A DNA stretch of 10,492 nucleotides from a virus: IMG/VR virus record IMGVR_UViG_3300020029_000002, positions 1 through 10,492 of that record. One strand, 5' to 3'. Positions 1 to 5,327 of this stretch are shown in pieces. A program made the position numbers and the translations under genes. A model generated the notes under the pieces. The model saw only the letters and a program-made list of their open reading frames with translations, was not told where the DNA came from and searched no databases. Position 1 is the stretch's first letter. Each line of letters starts with the position of its first letter.

Positions 1-84
1 ACCATAGGGGACTATCTTCATTTCGGCCTTGCCATTCTTGGTAAAACCGACTTGAAAACCCTTAAGGGGGTGAAAACATGACAA
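1..84 (-). CDS. VP4: VP4/Rep N-terminal fragment (28 codons) cut by the window edge, redundant with 10372-10455
   Basis: TTG start at 84-82 preceded by GGAGGT. The sequence is identical to the first 84 nt of both full rep genes. It is present only because of the terminal redundancy. Confidence 0.6.
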   Translation of the reverse strand, partial: MSCFHPLKGFQVGFTKNGKAEMKIVPYG

Positions 85-121
85 CTAACTACCTCCAATC
101 GCTACACTCTTAGAGCCGCAA
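1..121. repeat. Terminal direct repeat (left copy), identical to 10372-10492, implying a circular or concatemeric record
   Basis: Comparing 1-121 with 10372-10492 base by base shows no differences. The same sequence also occurs at 5112-5232. Confidence 0.95.
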
Positions 122-153
122 GCTTTTCCGGACTCGGGGCTTGGGTGGTGTCA

Positions 154-190
154 GTGGGAACCAATATATCAAGATAGTATTGGTTCCCAC
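154..190. repeat. 37-nt inverted repeat in the VP2-rep intergenic region (perfect 13-bp arms, 11-nt spacer); candidate cis element such as an origin or recombination site
   Basis: GTGGGAACCAATA (154-166) and TATTGGTTCCCAC (178-190) are exact reverse complements. The spacer TATCAAGATAG is itself partly palindromic (TATC/GATA). No T-tract follows on either strand. The element is identical in unit B. Confidence 0.5.
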
Positions 191-221
191 ACCCTCCACC
201 TGACAGCCTCAGTCGTCAGCC

Positions 222-1202
222 TCAATGACGGCCAGTGCCACCACGAACGGCACCCTTGGCAGAATTCTTACCACCAGTGAAAAAATCACCAATATTTGCT
301 AACCAACCAGAAAGGCCACGATCAGACTGACTACCGGTAAACAAATCACCAAGAGCGCCGGCAGCTTCCCAAAAATTTTCTGGGTAAGCAGACTTAATAT
401 CAAACTGTTGGTCAAATCCAGCTTTTTGTAAATCTTTATTCACCTCGGCATTAAAGGCGGCAATCTCCTTTTGCGTCATAGACTGGATATCATAACCGTA
501 CTTTTGCGCAGCGGCATGAATAGAAGCAGCCACCTTCTGAGCAGCAGCAGACTGATCCGAAGCATACTTGGTACCAGCCAAATGAGCATCCGCGGTGTAC
601 TTCTGAGCCATAGCCTGGATATTAGCAGTATTAAGCTGAGTCTGAGCTTGGAGCTCGGAGGTATACTTGGACATAGCCGTATATTTATCCGCAATGGCCT
701 GATTAGACTGAGCAGAAACACGAGTCGATTCTAGGGAAAGAAGGGAAGAAAGCATAGAACCAAGAAGACCAGAGATAGCGGAATTAGCGCTAGTATCAAC
801 ATTACCCATAGCACCACTCGGAGCGCCCGAAGATGCCGTAGCGCCGGAAGTGACAGCAGCACCACTGCCGCCAGTAACACTAAGAACGGGATTAAGACCA
901 GCCGCAATTAAATCACGAACCTCTCGTTGATGGGCAGTAGAGGACATCCTCTCTTGCCAATCTCTATTTTTTTGGGCCTCTTGACTGTTGTACCGACGCA
1001 TGGTTTCGTACTGCGCTTCCTGCCACTTCCGGAGTTGTTCTGCCTGTTGAGCGCTGGCGGCAGTATTGCTGCCCGCAATACCTTGAAGGGCGCCAGTTAT
1101 AGATCCGGTAGTATTAAGTCGGTATTTATCAAGAGACCCAGGTCTTACAATAGCACCAGGAGAGGCAGTAGTCAAGGCCGACTTAGCCGAATTCATAGCC
1201 AT
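222..1202 (-). CDS. VP2: VP2 minor capsid / DNA pilot protein, unit A (326 aa)
   Basis: ATG at 1202 with GAGGTG 5 nt upstream; TGA at 224-222. It carries the central motif NRDWQERMSSTAHQREVRDLIAAGLNPVL typical of gokushovirus VP2, has an Ala/Gln/Ser-rich composition, and sits directly downstream of VP1. Confidence 0.85.
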   Translation of the reverse strand: MAMNSAKSALTTASPGAIVRPGSLDKYRLNTTGSITGALQGIAGSNTAASAQQAEQLRKWQEAQYETMRRYNSQEAQKNRDWQERMSSTAHQREVRDLIAAGLNPVLSVTGGSGAAVTSGATASSGAPSGAMGNVDTSANSAISGLLGSMLSSLLSLESTRVSAQSNQAIADKYTAMSKYTSELQAQTQLNTANIQAMAQKYTADAHLAGTKYASDQSAAAQKVAASIHAAAQKYGYDIQSMTQKEIAAFNAEVNKDLQKAGFDQQFDIKSAYPENFWEAAGALGDLFTGSQSDRGLSGWLANIGDFFTGGKNSAKGAVRGGTGRH

Positions 1203-1206
1203 AATC

Positions 1207-1341
1207 TCACCTCTTAGTGATGGTCGATAAGGCCAGGGATACTATACATAGGCATAGGCCGAGTAGCCTTACACTGAACGTAGAGGTCGGCAAACATTTG
1301 ATTAGACACAGAACTTGTAACAGCAAGTACGCGATCAACAT
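1207..1341 (-). CDS. Hypothetical overprinted ORF (44 aa, hydrophobic) in an alternative frame of the VP1 3' end, unit A; speculative
   Basis: ATG at 1341-1339 lies 8 nt downstream of GGGAGGA (1356-1350). The product is MLIAYLLLQVLCLIKCLPTSTFSVRLLGLCLCIVSLALSTITKR. The frame is also open, with the same SD and ATG, in unit B. Leu-rich sequence is common in alternative frames here, so confidence is low. Confidence 0.2.
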   Translation of the reverse strand: MLIAYLLLQVLCLIKCLPTSTFSVRLLGLCLCIVSLALSTITKR

Positions 1342-2902
1342 TAGTTTTATCCTCCCGAATCCAAGCATCAGAAAGCTTAGGGAGCTGGGTATACTCGTCG
1401 GCAAGATGCCAGACATCCAAAGAGGCCGGAGCCTTAGAACGCATCTCACCGGCAACACGGGACGGCTTGTAACGGTAATCGGCCCAGGCTTCCTGATAAC
1501 CAAAAACCTCATCATCCTGGGCGGTGCCCTGAGCGTAAATCTCCTTGTTAAGAATAGGCTGCTCACCAATATTGGCAAAGACCGGGAAATAGTAGTCCAG
1601 GCGGTCACGACGAGACCAGAAACGTTCAAGGCCCTGCTGATAGGTATGGTCATAGCGAGCAACCATAACGCCGATCACAAAGCCATGCTCAACAAAGGAT
1701 TTAATAAAGTCGCCGTGGACATCAGTAGTGACACTAAAGGCAGCCGTATCGCCAAGAGGAGTACCATCAGTCTGAGTAGCGGAGTTTTGAACGACCTGAT
1801 TAATATTAACGGGTATACGATTGCCGCCAAGATACTCAGGACGCTGGAGGCGAGCATCGGGAGAAGTAACGCCAAAATGAGACTTAAGGATTTCAATATA
1901 CCGAGTACCTCCTCTAGCGTCTTTCTCATAAAGTTTCTGAACCTGAAAGGCCATGCGCAACTGGTTGATAGTGGCCGCCGTCACAGAACCAGACTGAAGA
2001 GCCCACAGGTTGTCAAAGTACAACGTGCCATCACGAGAAGAACCGGAGGAAAAACGCACACCGGAAGAGATAGAAGTCAAATCAGCACTACTAGACGTAC
2101 CAAAATTCCAAGTTTGAATAACGGAGGAATAATCCACACTACCCGAATCTGCACCAGTTAACCAAGCAGACATAGGAGCCTTAAACTGAGAATGATCGAC
2201 ACGATCAGAAAGAGAAACAACGGGAAGGTTGCCACCCTGGCCGACAGGAATGGTTACATCAGGGCCTTTCTGCGGAGCGGGCAAAGCGGAAGTGAAGTAG
2301 TCATGGAACTTGGCGGCCTTGAAGGGCATACCGCCTTTGACAACATCGGTGATATAGTTGGTGCCATTGGAACCTGCAAGGGTAGCGTCATCCACGGGAA
2401 TATTGAGCGGGTCGGAAAGATTTTCATCACGAAACCACTCGTTCATAATGAGTGCATACGCCCTAAAGGGCAGCGCGTTAACAGAAAGATTGGCGACACC
2501 AGTAGGGATGCCCATGTAATCGGCAATCGAGCCAATAGACCAGCCGCCGGAAGGGGCAGACACCTGGGGGACGGAATACTCGGTGGTGGGAATCCAAGCG
2601 GACTGTGTATTCTCACCCATAAGCTCACGCCAATGCTGCCATACGATACGGTTGGGCACAAAATAAAAATAGGTGTCCAAATAAAGATTATCCATCATAG
2701 GAGTGAGCAGAGTTTGCAGGCGGGCAACCATAGAGGTCTTCAACTGAAAAGTATCGCCGGGAAGAACCTCATCCACATAGAAGGGGATAACGTCTCCAAC
2801 GTTGAAACTGAGTTTAACACTATGGTCACGCCGAAAAGTGCTACGAGCAATATCAAGGTTAGTAGGATTAAGAGCAAATCTTGTATTTTCATTACGAGAC
2901 AA
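1214..2902 (-). CDS. VP1: VP1 major capsid protein, unit A (562 aa)
   Basis: TTG start at 2902-2900 lies 7 nt after GGAGG (2914-2910). The N-terminus FALNPTNLDIARSTFRRDHSVKLSFNVGDVIPFYVDEVLPGDTF and the ~560 aa size match the microvirus F-like/VP1 capsid family. Confidence 0.95.
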   Translation of the reverse strand: MSRNENTRFALNPTNLDIARSTFRRDHSVKLSFNVGDVIPFYVDEVLPGDTFQLKTSMVARLQTLLTPMMDNLYLDTYFYFVPNRIVWQHWRELMGENTQSAWIPTTEYSVPQVSAPSGGWSIGSIADYMGIPTGVANLSVNALPFRAYALIMNEWFRDENLSDPLNIPVDDATLAGSNGTNYITDVVKGGMPFKAAKFHDYFTSALPAPQKGPDVTIPVGQGGNLPVVSLSDRVDHSQFKAPMSAWLTGADSGSVDYSSVIQTWNFGTSSSADLTSISSGVRFSSGSSRDGTLYFDNLWALQSGSVTAATINQLRMAFQVQKLYEKDARGGTRYIEILKSHFGVTSPDARLQRPEYLGGNRIPVNINQVVQNSATQTDGTPLGDTAAFSVTTDVHGDFIKSFVEHGFVIGVMVARYDHTYQQGLERFWSRRDRLDYYFPVFANIGEQPILNKEIYAQGTAQDDEVFGYQEAWADYRYKPSRVAGEMRSKAPASLDVWHLADEYTQLPKLSDAWIREDKTNVDRVLAVTSSVSNQMFADLYVQCKATRPMPMYSIPGLIDHH

Positions 2903-2937
2903 TTTAATACCTCCAGTCTGTAACGGTTGTTCAAAAG

Positions 2938-2960
2938 GAGGGGCCCACAGAGGGCCCCTC
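2938..2960 (-). terminator. GC-rich stem-loop (9-bp stem GAGGGGCCC/GGGCCCCTC, 5-nt loop) followed on the coding strand by CTTTTG; possible leaky intrinsic terminator or attenuator between VP3 and VP1
   Basis: The arms are exact complements at 2938-2946 and 2952-2960. The T-tract on the minus strand is only 4 nt. The stem is conserved in unit B with a different loop. Confidence 0.35.
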
Positions 2961-2974
2961 GTTCTCTGTTGTTC

Positions 2975-2995
2975 ACACGGCCAGGGCGGCCGTGT
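2975..2995. repeat. Second GC-rich stem-loop in the VP3-VP1 spacer (8-bp stem ACACGGCC/GGCCGTGT, 5-nt loop)
   Basis: Exact inverted repeat at 2975-2982 and 2988-2995, identical in unit B (8091-8111). Its function is unknown. Confidence 0.5.
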
Positions 2996-3046
2996 ATGCC
3001 TTGACCAGAGCCTCAGCGACTCAAGCCAATGTCAGGAATATGAAAT

Positions 3047-3559
3047 TTAACCAGCGGGTGAGGCTGGCGCGGGGTCTGTCTCACCTCCTTTCGGGCCCTG
3101 TGAGGCCGCTGGCGGCTCACCAGCGGGATTTTGGGAGGCGGGTGGTGTAACCATACCCATAGCCTCTAACCAGCTCTCAGAGCCTGCCTGAGCAAGCCAG
3201 GCATGGAAAGATTGGCCGAACTTCTCGCGAGTTTCGAGGGGCAGGCTCATAAACGTCTGCTCGGCCTCTATCATGTGATTGAGCAACCCAGCATAGGTCT
3301 GAGGCATCTGGGAGAAATCACCAAACATACCTTGCACCTTTTGCAGGGCGGCAGTATCACCAGCGTTAAACCTGTCCATGATTTTATGGAGATCAACAGA
3401 ATCTTTGTGACTCTGGATAAAGGCATAGAGGTCCTCTTTACCGCTCTCCTTGAGGGTCATAACGCCGAAGCGGTCGAACTCGGGGGAATAGAGAATCTTT
3501 TCGCCGGAGCCGGGCTCAGAGCAAAAATGCTCCTGATCACGATGCCAAGTCTGGAACAT
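3047..3559 (-). CDS. VP3: VP3 internal scaffolding protein, unit A (170 aa)
   Basis: ATG at 3559 lies 7 nt after GGAGG and shares one base with the VP5 stop (TGATG). Motifs LYSPEFD, LYAFIQSHKDSVD, GDFSQMPQTYAGLLN and FMSLPLETREKF resemble gokushovirus VP3. The C-terminal tail is Pro/Ala-rich. Confidence 0.8.
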   Translation of the reverse strand: MFQTWHRDQEHFCSEPGSGEKILYSPEFDRFGVMTLKESGKEDLYAFIQSHKDSVDLHKIMDRFNAGDTAALQKVQGMFGDFSQMPQTYAGLLNHMIEAEQTFMSLPLETREKFGQSFHAWLAQAGSESWLEAMGMVTPPASQNPAGEPPAASQGPKGGETDPAPASPAG

Positions 3560-3828
3560 CAGACATCCTCCTTCTGCTGCATAGAGCGAAGAACCTCCGC
3601 GCCGTCGGAAATGAGCTCGTGGAGCTGGGCCGGAATGAGAACGCCTTTGTCGGAATCAAACTCACCAATCCGGAAAAGCTGGAAATCAGAAGCGTGGGTA
3701 AAGAGCACGCCTTTGGATTCCATAATGGCGTTAGCAAAATTGCGAGCGGCGATATAGTCGTTCTGCTCAGTGTTGAGACCGAAGAAACCGGAACGCAGGT
3801 CACGAATGGCGTAAACGTTAAGCATCAT
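3559..3828 (-). CDS. VP5: VP5-like conserved gokushovirus nonstructural protein, unit A (89 aa from the SD-supported ATG)
   Basis: The ORF track opens at TTG 3861, but GGAGG lies inside that extension, 9 nt upstream of the ATG ATG at 3828. The product MMLNVYAIRD...FQLFRIGEFDSDKGVL resembles the small conserved gokushovirus protein encoded between VP4 and VP3. Confidence 0.7.
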   Translation of the reverse strand: MMLNVYAIRDLRSGFFGLNTEQNDYIAARNFANAIMESKGVLFTHASDFQLFRIGEFDSDKGVLIPAQLHELISDGAEVLRSMQQKEDV

Positions 3829-4003
3829 TTTTATCATCCTCCAAAAAACCAGAAATTTCAATCAAACGGATTTGAAGCTCCAAGGCCAGGAACTCATAAA
3901 AATCGAGCTCCATGTTGAGGGAACGCCAAACTTTGGCGGCCAGCTCGTAACAGTCGGCATCGAGATTCAGCCGGACACAGACGATAGCACGTTCGTCATT
4001 CAC
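3818..4003 (-). CDS. Small acidic hypothetical protein, unit A (61 aa)
   Basis: GTG start at 4003 lies 8 nt after GGAGGT and overlaps the upstream stop (GTGA). The 3' end overlaps the VP5 start by 11 nt. Compared with unit B, most differences over the shared ~50 codons are synonymous (about 9 synonymous and 3 replacement codon changes by eye). Confidence 0.55.
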   Translation of the reverse strand: MNDERAIVCVRLNLDADCYELAAKVWRSLNMELDFYEFLALELQIRLIEISGFLEDDKNDA

Positions 4004-4113
4004 ATCCTGATACCTCCGCGATAGATTTTAGGGTTCACGTTGATACGCTTGGAATTGACGGCGGTGTGGCGAAAAACCTGCCTATCCTGAGAGCGCTTCA
4101 TTTTTCGAGCCAT
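4000..4113 (-). CDS. Small highly basic protein (37 aa), a J/VP8-like DNA-binding or packaging protein, unit A
   Basis: Too short for the ORF track. ATG at 4113-4111 lies 2 nt after the rep stop and 8 nt after GGGAG. The product is MARKMKRSQDRQVFRHTAVNSKRINVNPKIYRGGIRM. It is Arg/Lys-rich with the C-terminal RGGIR(M/L) ending seen in gokushovirus small basic proteins. Confidence 0.7.
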   Translation of the reverse strand: MARKMKRSQDRQVFRHTAVNSKRINVNPKIYRGGIRM

Positions 4114-4115
4114 GA

Positions 4116-5195
4116 TTACAACTCCCTTCTCAAATTTTTTATACGGTTATGGAGCACGCGCTCCTGGGTCTCGAGGATTTCTTCGTAGGTCATGGTGGAC
4201 TGGGCCAGCTTGGCCTTCTTGCCTTCCTCGGCAAAGTGCTTGCGCTTGGCCTTAATCTCAGCCATAAGCTCCGGTTGTTCCAGGTCAAACAGCTTATCGA
4301 AATACTTGGGAGGGCGAATCTTGCGACCGCCATCAGGAGTAGAAATAGAGATTGTGTCATACTCCATGCACTCGGGATGGTCTTCGTACCACCGGCGGCC
4401 AATACCAGGGCGGCGAGACATGTCGACATACTCGGGCTGGATGTTAAACGTCTGGTAGACATCAGCTTCTGGGCCACAAGCCTTTTTCATAACGTACCGG
4501 GCAACGTAAGCACAGGTTTCCCAGTTAACCTGACCAACCAGGACATAGCCGATAGGCTTCCGGATGCAAGGGGTGTCATACTCCCCTTTCTGTTCTACCA
4601 CACTCCAGGCCTTTTGTAAAGCCTCAGAATAGTAATATCGATATCCAACGTCGCCGCGCTGGATATCTTGAACAGGAACAAGGTCATGCAAGTGGAGACC
4701 AAAAACTATTGCATGGTAGTGAGGGCGGAAGGTGGTAGAGCCATACTCACCGCACATGAAATACCGAATATGGTCATCCGGGAAGGCTTTCCGAAGGCGC
4801 TTCCAGAAAAGCTGCATATGACGCTTCTCCAAACTAAGAGACTGCATCGCCTCTCCGGTCTCCGGATCAGCATACCAATGACGAGGGACATGCTCTTCAT
4901 CATAAGTCAAAGTCAGGAAGTAAGCGGAATCGTGATATTCGAGTTCCATCATACAGCGGTTAGCCCATTCACGAGAGCGGGCTATGCGGCAGCCTTCACA
5001 CTTGCCGCAAGGAATTTCAACCCAGTCAAGCCAAGTCTTTTCCGCATAGGCAGAAATCTCAGGAACATCGGACGTACAGATGCGACCTTTTCGCAATTCT
5101 AGGTGATGAACACCATAGGGGACTATCTTCATTTCGGCCTTGCCATTCTTGGTAAAACCGACTTGAAAACCCTTAAGGGGGTGAAAACATGACAA
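4116..5195 (-). CDS. VP4: VP4 replication initiation protein (HUH rolling-circle endonuclease), unit A (359 aa)
   Basis: TTG start at 5195 lies 7 nt after GGAGG. RCR motifs are present: FLTLTY (I), RPHYHAIVFG (II, HUH) and YVARYVMKK (III, catalytic Tyr). The N-terminal MSCFHP is typical of microvirus Rep. Confidence 0.95.
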   Translation of the reverse strand: MSCFHPLKGFQVGFTKNGKAEMKIVPYGVHHLELRKGRICTSDVPEISAYAEKTWLDWVEIPCGKCEGCRIARSREWANRCMMELEYHDSAYFLTLTYDEEHVPRHWYADPETGEAMQSLSLEKRHMQLFWKRLRKAFPDDHIRYFMCGEYGSTTFRPHYHAIVFGLHLHDLVPVQDIQRGDVGYRYYYSEALQKAWSVVEQKGEYDTPCIRKPIGYVLVGQVNWETCAYVARYVMKKACGPEADVYQTFNIQPEYVDMSRRPGIGRRWYEDHPECMEYDTISISTPDGGRKIRPPKYFDKLFDLEQPELMAEIKAKRKHFAEEGKKAKLAQSTMTYEEILETQERVLHNRIKNLRREL

Positions 5196-5301
5196 CTAAC
5201 TACCTCCAATCGCTACACTCTTAGAGCCGCAAGCTTTTCCGGACTCGGGGCTTGGGTGGTGTCAGTGGGAACCAATATATCAAGATAGTATTGGTTCCCA
5301 C
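5104..5301. repeat. 198-nt block exactly identical to 10364-10492 plus 122-190 (the junction block of both units)
   Basis: Read by eye with no mismatches. It covers rep codons 1-30, the rep SD and leader, and the whole palindrome. The flanks diverge immediately on both sides. Confidence 0.9.
5265..5301. repeat. 37-nt inverted repeat, unit B copy (identical to 154-190)
   Basis: The arms and spacer are the same as in unit A. The last base of the right arm (5301) is also the last base of the 198-nt identity block. Confidence 0.5.
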
Positions 5302-5327
5302 GACCCTCCAATTTTCAGCCTCAGACG

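Larger units (their letters stand above)
1..5111 (-). other. Gokushovirus-like (Microviridae) genome unit A, with a complete gene set
   Basis: Position 1 aligns with 5112 and 10372. The unit contains VP2, VP1, VP3, VP5, two small ORFs and VP4, all on the minus strand. Circular gene order VP1-VP2-VP4-VP5-VP3 and a ~5.1 kb size are typical of Gokushovirinae. The unit boundary chosen here is an arbitrary rotation. Confidence 0.9.

Noticed and set aside
85-153. Sigma70-type promoter for rep in the leader (for example TTGCGG ... TAGCGAT) and a TTGATA hexamer inside the palindrome loop.
   Set aside because: The hexamers match the consensus poorly and their spacing is wrong. I cannot support a promoter call from sequence alone.
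154-190. Reading the intergenic palindrome as a rho-independent terminator for the VP1-VP2 transcript.
   Set aside because: No T/U tract follows the stem on either strand. The stem is only moderately GC-rich.
1342-1662. The long (151 aa) version of the off-frame ORF inside the VP1 3' region.
   Set aside because: The upstream part is not open in unit B, where the frame opens only at 6666. The candidate ATGs there lack SD sites. Only the short SD-led 44-45 aa version was kept, at low confidence.
3537-3803. Off-frame minus-strand ORF overlapping VP5 and the VP3 start, open in both units (88 aa; 95 aa at 8633-8920). Considered as an overprinted gene.
   Set aside because: All 9 VP5-synonymous substitutions become replacements in this frame (CSLPTLLISSFSGLVSLIPT vs CFLPMLPIFSFSVLASSILT). 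That shows no constraint on this frame, and there is no SD-supported start.
3829-3861. Upstream TTG start for VP5 (100-aa version in the ORF track; also 8946-8978).
   Set aside because: The GGAGG site lies inside this extension at proper spacing for the downstream ATG ATG, and nothing SD-like precedes the TTG.
4149-4619. Plus-strand and off-frame ORFs inside rep and VP2 (4149-4619, 4190-4477, 4668-5102, 471-734, 5517-5876 and their unit B counterparts).
   Set aside because: They lie antisense to, or off-frame within, well-supported genes. They lack SD sites and have low-complexity products rich in L, S and R. Their sequences change freely wherever the host gene changes synonymously.
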